Both the position numbers and the translations under genes were made by a program. The notes below the pieces were generated by a model. The model saw only the letters and a list, made by a program, of their open reading frames with translations. It did no database searches and was not told where the DNA came from. Of a stretch of 52,414 nt of DNA, positions 19,072 to 28,674 are shown piece after piece; the stretch's first letter is position 1; each line of letters starts with the position of its first letter. Source of the stretch: Burkholderiaceae bacterium (lineage in GTDB: Bacteria; Pseudomonadota; Gammaproteobacteria; Burkholderiales; Burkholderiaceae_E). The stretch lies in the NCBI GenBank assembly GCA_044359175.1, contig JBIKMO010000001.1, positions 1-52,414 of the forward strand. The letters run 5' to 3'.

Positions 19072-20277
19072 GTGCCCGCCCCTCGTGCGCCGTCGCTGCT
19101 CGGCTTCGCCTGGGTCGGCGGCGCCGAGGCGATCATTCGGGGCGTGACGCTCTCGGTGTATCCGCTGGTGCTGTATCGCGCCACCGGCAGCGCGATCCAG
19201 GTGTCGCAGGTCTATCTGCTCGTGGGCTGCGCGTCGCTCGCCACGGTGCTCGCCGTGCCGCTGCTCACGCGTGCGGTGCCCCGCCGCTGGGCACACTCGC
19301 TGGCGGTGGCGCTGTATCTGCTGTCGGCCGCGCTCGGCATCGCCGGCGGCGCGGCCACCGCGTTCGCGCTGCTGTCGGCAGCCACGGCGACCGCGATCGG
19401 GTTCGTCTGCTACAGCGCCAACATGCTCGACTACGTCGACCGCAACGAGCTGTCGCGGCTCGAGACGCTGAGGCTGTTCTCCGCCGGCTTCGGCTGGTCG
19501 GTCGGCCCGTTCGTGGGCGTGTGGCTGCTGCAGTTCTGGCACGGTGCGCCGTTCGTGGTGGTGGCCGTGGCCGCGGGCGCGATGGGCCTGCTGATCTGGC
19601 GCACCGGCATGGGGCCGGTGTCGCTGAAGGCCGGGCCGGTGCGGGTGTCGCCGAACCCGCTGCGCTACCTGCCTCGCTTTCTCGCGCAGCCGCGGCTGGT
19701 GGCCGGCTGGACCCTGGCGGTGATCCGGGGATGCGGCTGGTCGGTCTACCTGGTGTACGTCGGCATCTTCGCGGTGCAGGCCGGGCTGCCGGACACCGTC
19801 GGTGGGCTGGCCGCGTCCATCGCCTCGGCGAGCCTGTTCCTCACGCCGCTGATGCTGCGCTGGATGCGGCGCCGCACGGTGCGCCACGCGGTGCGCGTGG
19901 GCTTCGGTGCCGCAGGCCTGTGCTTCCTGGCCGCCATGGCCACCGCCGCCTGGCCGGCGGTGGCGATCGGCTGGCTGGTGCTTGGCGGCTTCTTCCTGGT
20001 GCTGCTCGATCTGTGCGGCGGGCTGCCGTTCCTGATGGCGGTGCGTCCGGCCGAGCGCACCGAGATGTCGGCGGTGTACTCCACGTTCCGCGACCTCGCC
20101 GCGGTCGTCACGCCCGGCCTGGCGTGGCTGGTGCTGCAGGTGGCGCCGCTGTCGGTCGTATTCGGCGTCGGTGGTGTGCTGCTGCTGTCGGCCTGGGGCG
20201 TGTCGGGCTTCGTGCATCCGAACCTCGGCGTACCCGCATCGCTGCGCCAGCGTCGCCCGCGTGCGGTGAGCCGCTGA
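19072..20277 (+). CDS. MFS-type transporter
   Basis: About 400 aa with roughly 12 hydrophobic segments, directly downstream of the dipeptidase. The start is uncertain; GTG 19072 is the first in-frame start after the upstream stop. Confidence 0.7.
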   Translation: MPAPRAPSLLGFAWVGGAEAIIRGVTLSVYPLVLYRATGSAIQVSQVYLLVGCASLATVLAVPLLTRAVPRRWAHSLAVALYLLSAALGIAGGAATAFALLSAATATAIGFVCYSANMLDYVDRNELSRLETLRLFSAGFGWSVGPFVGVWLLQFWHGAPFVVVAVAAGAMGLLIWRTGMGPVSLKAGPVRVSPNPLRYLPRFLAQPRLVAGWTLAVIRGCGWSVYLVYVGIFAVQAGLPDTVGGLAASIASASLFLTPLMLRWMRRRTVRHAVRVGFGAAGLCFLAAMATAAWPAVAIGWLVLGGFFLVLLDLCGGLPFLMAVRPAERTEMSAVYSTFRDLAAVVTPGLAWLVLQVAPLSVVFGVGGVLLLSAWGVSGFVHPNLGVPASLRQRRPRAVSR

Positions 20278-20438
20278 CGCGGCCGCGGCGCCCCCGGCGG
20301 GCGCAGCGTGGGATCGAGATGGCCGAGTCCGGGTCCAGCGCGTGCGGCCGGTGCGGCTGCAGCGCGGTGATGATGCCGCCGGGTGTCGGGCACCCCGTGG
20401 CCGACCCTCGGCAGACCGGCTGTCCCCGGGCGCGAGGA

Positions 20439-21083
20439 TCAGTGCACCCCCAGCGTCACGACCTCCTTGATCAGGATGGCGGTGCCGAGCACGACGAAAC
20501 CGATCGCGAACGCGAGGTCGAGCGCCGACTGGAAGCGCCGTATGCGATCGCGCAGCCCGTGCAGACCGACGACCAGCACGAGCAGCACGTACCACAGGGT
20601 GTTCCCGGCGAGGAAGACCGCAGCAATCGTGGCGGGCGATCGGGACAGCAACTCATGACTCGCGAATTGCGGAAACAGACTGAGGAAGAACAGGCTGACC
20701 TTCGGATTCAACAGGTTGTTCAGCAGGCCCTGCCGGATCGCCGTGACCGGCCTCATGCCCGGCTCCACCCCCGCGGCAGCAGCGGATTCCGGGTTCCGGG
20801 CGCGCGTCATCAGCGTGCTCGCGCCCAGATGGACGAGGTAGATCGCGCCCAGCACGCGTACCCCGAGGTACAGCGTCGGGGAGTGCTGCAGTGCCACCGA
20901 CAGCCCCGCGATGGCGGCTGCCAGGTGCGTGCACAAGCCGATGCGGTTGCCCAGAAGGGTCATGAAGCCGATGCGGCGCCCTTCGAGCAGGGTATGGCGC
21001 ACGATCAGGAACGAGTCGGGGCCCGGCGAGGCCGCAAGGGCGAAACCGAGCGCGAAGAGACTGGTCGCCGTCGAATCCATCAT
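20439..21083 (-). CDS. LysE/RhtB family amino-acid exporter
   Basis: 214 aa containing ASPGPDSFLIVRHTL...NLLNPKVSLFFLSLFPQF, typical of LysE translocators. ATG 21083 (MMDST...). Confidence 0.85.
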   Translation of the reverse strand: MMDSTATSLFALGFALAASPGPDSFLIVRHTLLEGRRIGFMTLLGNRIGLCTHLAAAIAGLSVALQHSPTLYLGVRVLGAIYLVHLGASTLMTRARNPESAAAAGVEPGMRPVTAIRQGLLNNLLNPKVSLFFLSLFPQFASHELLSRSPATIAAVFLAGNTLWYVLLVLVVGLHGLRDRIRRFQSALDLAFAIGFVVLGTAILIKEVVTLGVH

Positions 21084-21461
21084 CGGTGCCCGCGTGCGGC
21101 CTTCATCGACCGGGTCCCGAGCCACGCCCGGTGGGTTCCCGGGCAGTCACGTGCCGGAGCAGACGCGATCCAGCCTCGGCCGGCCATGATGACGCACTGT
21201 CGCGGGAGGTCCGGCATCTTCGGTGGCATCGGGGCGGCCGCCGGTGCCGCGATGGGGTGCTCGCGCAGCATGGGGCCCCGCGCGCGGCTCGCGGATTGCC
21301 CCGAATCGCACCGCCGGGCAGAATCGCCGGCCGTAGGGCGGGCGGGGCGTGCTGCCGCGGTCTGGCTCGCCCGGGTCCCCGGTTCGTGCACGATGAGCCC
21401 GAGGTCGAAGGCGACGCGCCCGGCCCGGTGAAGCCAACCGTTCCCTGGGGGCTGCCAGCCG

Positions 21462-22691
21462 ATGACAGGATTCCTGCAACGACTGGGCGTGCCGCGCCGG
21501 CTCAATGCCGCGGGCACGCTCACGCGACTCGGTGGGGCGCTGATGGCGCCCGAGGTGCTGCAGGCCATGCAGGAGGCGGCCGTTGCCTCGGTGGACGTGG
21601 CCGAGCTGCAGACGGCCGCCAGCGCGCGCATCGCCGAGCTCACCGGGGCGCAGGCGGGGCTCGTCACCTCCGGTGCGTCGGCCGGGCTGACGTTGGCCAC
21701 CGCGGCCTGCCTGGCCGGCTGGGACAGCGCGCGCATGGCGGCCCTGCCGGATGCCCGCGGCATGCCCCACCGGGTGCTGATGCACCGCACGCACCGCAAC
21801 AGCTACGACCACGCAGTGCGGTTGGCGGGCGCGCAGATCGTCGACGTCGGCCACAACGACCGGGGTACCGGGGCGGGGGTGCGCGTGCTCGAGGCCTGGG
21901 AGATCGAGGCCGCGCTGGACGATCGCACCGCAGCCTTCGTCTTCGTCGCCTCGGCCGAGTCGCTGTCCCAGCTGCCCGTGGTCGTGGAGGTGATGCACCG
22001 CCACGGCCATCCGGTCGTGGTCGACGCGGCGGCGCAGCTGCCGCCGCGGGAAAACCTGCGCCGCTTCATCGCGATGGGGGCCGACCTCGTGGTCTTCAGC
22101 GGCGGCAAGGCGCTGGGAGGCCCGCAGTCCAGCGGTCTGCTGATCGGGCGGCGCGACCTGGTCGGCTCGGCTCTGCTGCAGATGATGGACATGGACGTGC
22201 ACCCGCTGACCTGGGCGCCCGCAGGCCTGGTGGACCGCGAGCGGCTGCGCGGCACCCCGCTGCACGGCATCGGCCGCGGCTTCAAGGTCGGCAAGGAGGA
22301 GGTGGCCGGGCTGCTGTGCGCGCTGGAGCGCTTCGTGCACGTCGACGAAGCCGCTCGGCAGCGCCTGTGGAGCGAGCGGCTGCGGGCGATCGAGCAGGGG
22401 CTGCAGGCGCAGGTGGCGGCGCGCGCGGACCTGCGGCTGGTGCTGCAGGAGGCTGCGGGGCAGCAGGCGGTACCGCTGCTTCACCTGCATCTGCACCTCG
22501 GCGAATCGGGCGCCGCCGCCGCGCAGGCTGCCGCGGCGCTGTGCAGGCGGTTGCAGTCGCGCCCGCTGCCGGTGCATCTGGTGGAAGGCCGGCTCGACGA
22601 GGGGGTCGTGAGCATCAACCCGCTGGCGCTGCACCCGGATGACGACCGGCTCCTGGTGGAGGCGATCGTGCAGGCGCTGGACACGCGCTGA
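21462..22691 (+). CDS. SelA-like PLP-dependent enzyme (L-seryl-tRNA(Sec) selenium transferase-related / DgaE-like)
   Basis: Begins RLNAAGTLTRLGGALMAPEVLQAM. FSGGKALGGPQSSG contains the PLP-lysine motif seen in SelA (FSGDKLLGGPQ). Confidence 0.75.
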   Translation: MTGFLQRLGVPRRLNAAGTLTRLGGALMAPEVLQAMQEAAVASVDVAELQTAASARIAELTGAQAGLVTSGASAGLTLATAACLAGWDSARMAALPDARGMPHRVLMHRTHRNSYDHAVRLAGAQIVDVGHNDRGTGAGVRVLEAWEIEAALDDRTAAFVFVASAESLSQLPVVVEVMHRHGHPVVVDAAAQLPPRENLRRFIAMGADLVVFSGGKALGGPQSSGLLIGRRDLVGSALLQMMDMDVHPLTWAPAGLVDRERLRGTPLHGIGRGFKVGKEEVAGLLCALERFVHVDEAARQRLWSERLRAIEQGLQAQVAARADLRLVLQEAAGQQAVPLLHLHLHLGESGAAAAQAAAALCRRLQSRPLPVHLVEGRLDEGVVSINPLALHPDDDRLLVEAIVQALDTR

Positions 22692-22753
22692 CGGCGCGCA
22701 GCGCAGCGATCCCGGCATCGCGCTCCGCACCTCGCGCCCTCGGCGGCCGACGA

Positions 22754-25540
22754 TCAGCGCGCGGGCCGCAGCCGGCGCAGCACCGTCTTCTCGAGCTCGA
22801 GCACGACCAGCACCGTCACGCCTGCGGCCAGCACCGGCAGCGCGAACTCGATGCCGAGCGCCCGCGTGTGGAACAGCCGCTGCATCGCGGGCAGGTACGT
22901 GAACGCCGCCTGCAGCACGACGACGGCCGCGACCGACGCGAGCACGCGCGGCGTGCCGCGCACGCCCTGCAGCGTGAACGAGCGTGCCTTCAGGTAGCGC
23001 ACGCTGAACAGGTAGAACACCTCCATGCATACCAGCGCGTTGACCGCGACGGTCCGCGCGGTCTGGACGTCGGCGCCGCGCGCGAGCGCCCACTCGTACA
23101 GCCCGAAGATGCCGGCGAGGAACAGCGCGGACACGAACGCGATCCGCCACACCAGGAACCCCGACAGCAGCGGCTCGGTCGGCGGCCTCGGCGGGCGGCG
23201 CATCACGTCGGGCTCGGTCGGCTCGAAGGCCAGCACCAGCGCGAGTGCGACCGAGCTCACCATGTTCACCCACAGCACCTGAGCGGGCAGGATCGGCAGC
23301 GCGACGCCGAGCAGCACCGCCACCAGCAGCGTCAGCGACTCGCCGCCGTTGACCGGCAGCAGGAAGGTCACGGTCTTGCGCAGGTTGTCGTACACCGTGC
23401 GGCCGGCCTCGACCGCGACCGCGATCGACGCGAAGTTGTCGTCGGCGAGCACGATCGCGCCGGCCTGCTTGGCGGCCTCGGTGCCCTTGCGGCCCATCGC
23501 GACGCCGACGTCGGCCTGCTTGAGCGCCGGCGCGTCGTTGACGCCGTCGCCGGTCATCGCCACGACCTCGCCCCGGGCCTTGAGCGCGCGCACCAGCCTC
23601 AGCTTGTGCTCGGGATTGGCGCGGGCGAACACGTGCGTGCGCGCGACCGCCGCGTCCAGGCCGGCGTCGTCGAGCGCGTCGATTGCGCTGCCCGCGACCA
23701 CCACGGGCGACTCCGCGAGCCCGAGCTGGCTCGCCACCGCCGAGGCGGTGACGGCGTGGTCGCCCGTGATCATCACCACGCGGATCCCTGCCGCCCGGCA
23801 CGCGGCCACCGCGCGGATCGCTTCGTCGCGAGGCGGGTCGATGATGCCCACGAGTCCGACGAGCACCAGCCCGTGTTCCACGTCCGACGGCGCGAGCGTG
23901 CGCGTACCGGGCGGCATCTCGCGCATCGCGATCGCGAGCACGCGCCGTCCTGCGCGGGCCTGCGCGTCGATGCGAGCGCGCCAGGCCGCCGGGTCGAGCG
24001 GGGCGGTCGAGCCGTCGGGCAGGGCCTCGCGCTCGCACATCTCGAGCACGCGCTCGGGGGCGCCCTTCACGAACGCAACCGGTCCGTTGTCGCCGGGGTG
24101 CAGCGTCGCCATGAAGCGGTGCTCGGACTCGAACGGGATCGCGTGCAGCCGCGGTTGCCGGCGGCGCAGCTCGGCGGGGTCCAGCCCCGCCTTCATCGCG
24201 AGGGTCAGCAGCGCACCCTCGGTCGGGTCGCCGGCGAGCACCCAGGTGCCGTCGTCCTCGTGCAGCGACGCGTCGTTGCACAGCACCGCGGGCAGCGCGA
24301 CGCGCCGGATCGCGGCGAGAGCCGCGGGGCCCGACGGGTCGAACTCGCCGTGCGGCGCATAGCCCGCACCGCCCACGTGGACGTCCAGCCCGGGGCAGCC
24401 GACCTGCTGGACGGTCATCTCGTTGCGCGTGAGCGTACCGGTCTTGTCGGAGCAGATGACCGTGACCGAGCCGAGCGCCTCCACTGCCGGCAGCCGACGC
24501 ACGATCGCGTGCCGTCGCGCCATGCGCTGCACGCCGATCGCCAGCGTGATCGTGAGGATCGCCGGCAAGCCTTCGGGGATCGCCGCCACCGCGAGCCCGA
24601 CCGCGGCCATGAACACCTCCACCGCGGGCAGGTCGCGCACGGTCACGCCGAACCCGAACAGCGCGGCGGCCGCCACGAGGATGACCGCGGTGAGGCGCCG
24701 CTCGAACACCGCCATCCGCGCGAGCAGAGGCGACGTCCCGGGATCGACCGTGCCGATCAGCCGGCCGATCCGTCCGAGTTCGCTGCGGGCGCCGGTGGCG
24801 ACGACCACGCCGCTCGCCTGGCCCTGCACGACCATCGTGCCGGCGTAGGCCATGCAGGTGCGGTCGGCGACCGGGGACGGGGGCGGCACGGGGCCGACGT
24901 CCTTGTCGACCGGCACCGACTCGCCGGTCAGCGCTGATTCGTCGACGCGCAGGCCGTGGGCCTCGAGCAGTCGCAGGTCCGCGGGCACGCTGTCGCCCGA
25001 GGCGACGAACACCCGGTCGCCGGGCACCAGCCCCGACGCCTCCACCGGCACGCGCCGTCCGTCGCGCAGCGCGACGGCGCCCGGCGCGAGCAGGTGCCGG
25101 ATCGCCTCGAGCGACTGCTCGGCCCGCCCCTCCTGCAGGAAGCCGATCGTCGCGTTCAGCACGATCACCGCGCCGATGACCACCGCGTCCACCCAATGCC
25201 CGAGCAGCGCGGTGACGAGCACCGCCGCCATCAGCACGTACAGCAGCAGGTTGTCGAACTGGCGGGCGAAACGTCGCAGCGCGCCCGGCGGTTCCGGCTC
25301 CTCGAGCCGGTTCGGGCCGTGCAGCGCGATCCGTCGCCGGACCTCCCCCGCGTCGAGCCCCGCGTCACTCGAACCCAGCGTTCGCGCGACCGCGTCGGCG
25401 TCGAGCGCGTGCCAGCCTTCCGGCGGCTCGGGGACCGGGGCGAACGGGGAGCCGGACGCCGCGGCGTCGCGGTCGAGGGGGTGCGCGGACACGGTCGGAA
25501 CGTCCCGTGAAGAAGGCGAGGAGGTACGGGCGCGGCGCAA
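22754..25540 (-). CDS. cation-transporting P-type ATPase (type II, Ca2+/Mg2+-like)
   Basis: Motifs TGES, PEGL (AIPEGLPAI), [15 protein letters not shown] and [20 protein letters not shown], with about 10 TM segments. The start is uncertain: TTG 25540 (maximal ORF) or GTG 25492. Confidence 0.9.
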   Translation of the reverse strand: MRRARTSSPSSRDVPTVSAHPLDRDAAASGSPFAPVPEPPEGWHALDADAVARTLGSSDAGLDAGEVRRRIALHGPNRLEEPEPPGALRRFARQFDNLLLYVLMAAVLVTALLGHWVDAVVIGAVIVLNATIGFLQEGRAEQSLEAIRHLLAPGAVALRDGRRVPVEASGLVPGDRVFVASGDSVPADLRLLEAHGLRVDESALTGESVPVDKDVGPVPPPSPVADRTCMAYAGTMVVQGQASGVVVATGARSELGRIGRLIGTVDPGTSPLLARMAVFERRLTAVILVAAAALFGFGVTVRDLPAVEVFMAAVGLAVAAIPEGLPAILTITLAIGVQRMARRHAIVRRLPAVEALGSVTVICSDKTGTLTRNEMTVQQVGCPGLDVHVGGAGYAPHGEFDPSGPAALAAIRRVALPAVLCNDASLHEDDGTWVLAGDPTEGALLTLAMKAGLDPAELRRRQPRLHAIPFESEHRFMATLHPGDNGPVAFVKGAPERVLEMCEREALPDGSTAPLDPAAWRARIDAQARAGRRVLAIAMREMPPGTRTLAPSDVEHGLVLVGLVGIIDPPRDEAIRAVAACRAAGIRVVMITGDHAVTASAVASQLGLAESPVVVAGSAIDALDDAGLDAAVARTHVFARANPEHKLRLVRALKARGEVVAMTGDGVNDAPALKQADVGVAMGRKGTEAAKQAGAIVLADDNFASIAVAVEAGRTVYDNLRKTVTFLLPVNGGESLTLLVAVLLGVALPILPAQVLWVNMVSSVALALVLAFEPTEPDVMRRPPRPPTEPLLSGFLVWRIAFVSALFLAGIFGLYEWALARGADVQTARTVAVNALVCMEVFYLFSVRYLKARSFTLQGVRGTPRVLASVAAVVVLQAAFTYLPAMQRLFHTRALGIEFALPVLAAGVTVLVVLELEKTVLRRLRPAR

Positions 25541-25775
25541 CGAGCCGCCCAGGCGGGAGTGTACCGGCGCGCGGCGCCGCCCTGAATGCGGAGCTTACTG
25601 CGGCGCCTCAGCAAGAACCGAAGCACCCGCGGGGACGTGCGCGGCCGGTCGCACGGTATCGAACATCGGGTCGAACGCGCCGAGCCGCGCGGCGGGCGCA
25701 TGGTCGGACCGACCGCGCCGGAGGGCGGTGTGACGCGACATCACGCGACCGGCGCCGTTCGACGAGCGGAATCAG

Positions 25776-25800
25776 GTCGACGCTGCGGGGTTGCGTCGAC
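25776..25800 (-). terminator. stem-loop just downstream of the Bug-family gene (8-bp stem GTCGACGC/GCGTCGAC, 9-nt loop)
   Basis: An inverted repeat read directly, starting 8 nt from the stop at 25808. The trailing U-tract is weak (CUGAUUCC), so an intrinsic-terminator function is tentative. Confidence 0.4.
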
Positions 25801-25807
25801 GCACCGC

Positions 25808-26800
25808 TCACTCGGGCTTGATGCCGGCGGCCTTCACCACCGGAGTCCAGCGTTCGATCTGCCGCCGGATGTACTCCGTGTACTCCGCGGGCGACGAGCC
25901 GTGCAGTTCGTAGCCCTGCTTGATGAGCCGATCGCGCACGTCGGGCTGCGCGAGGATCTCGCGGACGCTGGCGTTCAGGCGATCGATGATCGGTTTCGGC
26001 GTGCCGGCCGGCGCCATCAGGCCGAAGAACCCGCCCCCCACCAGGTCGGGGAAACCCGCTTCGGCGGTGGTCGGCACGTCGGGCAGCAGCGCCGAGCGCT
26101 TCGGCGCGGCGTAGGCGATCGCCCGCAGCTTGCCCGCATGGACCTGCGCACCCGAGGGGATGTACCCGTCGAACAGCACGGTGAGCACGCCGGCGAGCGC
26201 GTCGTTGAGCGCTGGCGTCGAACCCTTGTAGCCGATGTGGACCAGGTTCGCGCCGGTGGCCACCTTCAGGCCCTCGCCGATCAGGTGGGGCATCGAGCCG
26301 ACCCCCGCGGTGCCGTAGTTCAGCCCGTTGGGTGACGCGCGGGCCGCGCGCACGATGTCGTCGATCGTGCGGTACGGGGTGGACGGGTGCACGAGGATCA
26401 GCGCGCCGCCGCTGGCCACCAGTGAGATTGGCGCGAAGTCGCGCATCGTGTCGTACGGGGTCTTCACGCCGAGCGCCTGGTTCAGCGCGATCGGCGCGGC
26501 TGCGAAGAGCAGCGTGTACCCGTCGGGGGCGGCCTTCGCCACCGTGTCGTTGCCGATGATGTTCGCCGCCCCGGGCTTGTTCTCGACCACGAACGGCTGG
26601 CTCAGCCGTTCGCCGAGCTTCTGCGACACCAGCCGCGCCACCGTGTCGAGCGCACCGCCCGGCGCGAAGGGCACCACCACGCGCACCGCTCGCGCGGGGT
26701 AGCCATCGGCGCCCGACTGCGCCAGCGCCGAGCGCGGAGCGACGGCGCCCGCGGCCAGCGCGGCGCCGATCACGACCGTTGTCAGGATTCGTCCGAGCAT
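25808..26800 (-). CDS. Bug-family (TctC-like) tripartite tricarboxylate transporter substrate-binding protein
   Basis: Signal peptide ...GAALAAGAVAPRSALAQ, then YPARAVRVVVPFAPGGALDTVARLVSQKLGERLSQPFVVENKPGAA and APDGYTLL. A GGAGA RBS precedes ATG 26800. Confidence 0.9.
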   Translation of the reverse strand: MLGRILTTVVIGAALAAGAVAPRSALAQSGADGYPARAVRVVVPFAPGGALDTVARLVSQKLGERLSQPFVVENKPGAANIIGNDTVAKAAPDGYTLLFAAAPIALNQALGVKTPYDTMRDFAPISLVASGGALILVHPSTPYRTIDDIVRAARASPNGLNYGTAGVGSMPHLIGEGLKVATGANLVHIGYKGSTPALNDALAGVLTVLFDGYIPSGAQVHAGKLRAIAYAAPKRSALLPDVPTTAEAGFPDLVGGGFFGLMAPAGTPKPIIDRLNASVREILAQPDVRDRLIKQGYELHGSSPAEYTEYIRRQIERWTPVVKAAGIKPE

Positions 26801-27010
26801 CGGTGTCTCCGGGTGGGCCGTCGTCGCGGGCGTCGCACTCGTCCGTATCGTACCAAGCCTGGCCCGACGATTGCCGCACGATCCGCGCTCGGAGACCTCG
26901 ACGGCGATGGCGGGCCGGACATCGTGACCGCGAGCGGCTCGTCGTACGCGGTCTCCTTGGATCGGGCAACCGTACCGGGCGTGATCGGCGCGCCGACGTG
27001 CCTCGCGCCG

Positions 27011-28345
27011 CTACCGCGCCGGGATCCGGCTCGCCAGCGGCTTGACCGTGTAGTCGGGCACGAAGCGGCAGTCGGCCACCGGCGCCCCGGCGGCGGCCTG
27101 GCGCTCCCGGCAGCGGTCGGCGATGCGCTGCGGCGTCGGCCGGTCGTTGCGGTCCACCCAGGCGAGCAACGCCTCGAACAGGGGCGGGTAGATCGCGTCG
27201 CCCAGATAGCTGTGCTCGCGCGAGTCGACGAAGGTCGTCACCAGCCGCTCGCCGTTGCCGGCCGCGGTCATGCGGGTGCGCAGCGCGTCCTGGCCCTCCA
27301 CGAACACGGTGGCATCGCCGATGCCGTGGGTGGAGATCACCGGCATCGCGAAGCGTCCGCCATGGTCCGCGTCGGCCGCGAAGCTCGCGCGGGCGGCCGG
27401 GCTGGCGGCGAATCGCAGACCGGCCCGGTCGATGGCCGCATTGAACGCCGCGTCGTCGTCCGAACCCGTGTAGCGCACGCCCGCGTTGCCGATCGGCGGG
27501 CCGCCGTGACGGCGGGTCACGTCGGCGAGCGTGAAGGTGCCCCAACTCAGGTGGCTGCGGATCGAGCCCTCGGGCACCCGGACGACGTCGGCGATCAGCG
27601 TTGCCTTGCGCCGCTGCTCGGGCGTGCGCTCGGCCGCCGGCCGGTCGAGCGCCAGGCATTGGTTGATGCGCGCGTCGAGGTCCGCGTGGGTCATCCTGCT
27701 GCCCGCCGGCAGCCCGAGCGACAGCGGATAGGCGGGCTCGTCGGCACGCGGGTGGTTGCCGCACAGGAGCTGATAGACCACGCGGATGTCCAGCCGGAAG
27801 TCGTAGGTGGCCGGTCCGGCGACCACGCCGCTGGTCAGCAGCATCGCGTTCCACGGCCTGGGGTACAGCTCGGCGGCGCGCGTGGCCACCATCGCGCCCC
27901 AGGACTGGCCGTGCAGCACGGTGCGCCGCGGCGTACCCACGTGGTCGACGAAGATGCGCCGCACCCGCTCGGTGTCCTCGGCCGCGGTGGTCACCGCGAA
28001 GCCGCCCTGGCGGAACACCGACGCCGCGTACGCGTGCCCCTCGCGCACGACGATCGACCAGCGCTTGATGTCCTCGTCGGCCCGCGCGTCGGTGGGTGCG
28101 CCCAGGAACGGCCCGCCGTGGGCGTGCACGACCAGCACGCCGCTCCAGTTCGCGGGTACCACGATCAGGTAGGGGGCGCCGGCCGAGTCCTTGCCGCGAA
28201 GGCAGCGTGCGCCCGGGGGCGGGCCGTCGGGACAGGCGACCGCGGCGGGGGCGGCCTCGGGGGGCGGGGCGTTCAGGGCCGTGCAGCCGCCGAGTGCGAA
28301 GGCGAGGGCGGCGGCGAGCGAGGCGGTGGCGATGTGCGCGGTCAT
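27011..28345 (-). CDS. lipoprotein, alpha/beta-hydrolase fold
   Basis: Lipobox LGGC after MTAHIATASLAAALAFA. Nucleophile elbow GQSWG. ATG 28345. The 531-aa ORF to 28606 is an upstream extension. Confidence 0.75.
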   Translation of the reverse strand: MTAHIATASLAAALAFALGGCTALNAPPPEAAPAAVACPDGPPPGARCLRGKDSAGAPYLIVVPANWSGVLVVHAHGGPFLGAPTDARADEDIKRWSIVVREGHAYAASVFRQGGFAVTTAAEDTERVRRIFVDHVGTPRRTVLHGQSWGAMVATRAAELYPRPWNAMLLTSGVVAGPATYDFRLDIRVVYQLLCGNHPRADEPAYPLSLGLPAGSRMTHADLDARINQCLALDRPAAERTPEQRRKATLIADVVRVPEGSIRSHLSWGTFTLADVTRRHGGPPIGNAGVRYTGSDDDAAFNAAIDRAGLRFAASPAARASFAADADHGGRFAMPVISTHGIGDATVFVEGQDALRTRMTAAGNGERLVTTFVDSREHSYLGDAIYPPLFEALLAWVDRNDRPTPQRIADRCRERQAAAGAPVADCRFVPDYTVKPLASRIPAR

Positions 28346-28613
28346 GGTGGGGTTCGGCAGGGGTGGGGGAGCGAGTCGCTCGCAGTGTGACCGGGGCGCG
28401 GGCCGATGGCGATTTCGTCCGACGAGGATCCGCATCGCAATGCCGACGCGGCCGCCATGAACGCCCGCACCCGGGCCGCGAGGGCCGCAGTCGCGCTGCG
28501 CCACGACCTGTGGCGGGCGACCAGCGACCCGAAGGACTCCCGGCCCGCCCGGCGTCCGGTCGTGTTCGCGCCGCCGTCGCCCACGCTGTGCGGCACGCTG
28601 ACGCACATCGGGG

Positions 28614-28642
28614 CTGTCACGCGCGCGTCACGCGGGCTGCTC
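28614..28642 (+). promoter_or_regulatory. Pho-box-like 11-bp-phased direct repeats (CTGTCAC gcgc GCGTCAC gcgg GCTGCTC)
   Basis: 7-bp repeats spaced by 4 bp, 33-61 nt upstream of the ATG of the metallophosphatase/5'-nucleotidase gene. Compare the canonical PhoB box CTGTCAT-N4-CTGTCAT. Confidence 0.3.
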
Positions 28643-28674
28643 ACCCTCGCAGCTTCCCGACCCGGACCGCTCCG

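Noticed and set aside
21147-25196. 1349-aa minus-strand ORF spanning the SelA-like gene and much of the P-type ATPase region
   Set aside because: The translation is Arg/Gly/Pro/Ala-rich and low-complexity with no motifs. It overlaps two genes that have clear family signatures (antisense to the SelA-like gene, out of frame with the ATPase). It is a typical open-frame artefact of ~70% GC DNA.
25541-25807. Mg2+/cation-sensing leader or leader peptide (48-codon ORF starting at 25741, minus strand) upstream of the P-type ATPase
   Set aside because: There is no resemblance to the M-box or an mgtA-type Pro-rich leader that I can see. The small ORF is below a credible length and lacks an RBS. The only clear structure is the hairpin after the Bug gene.
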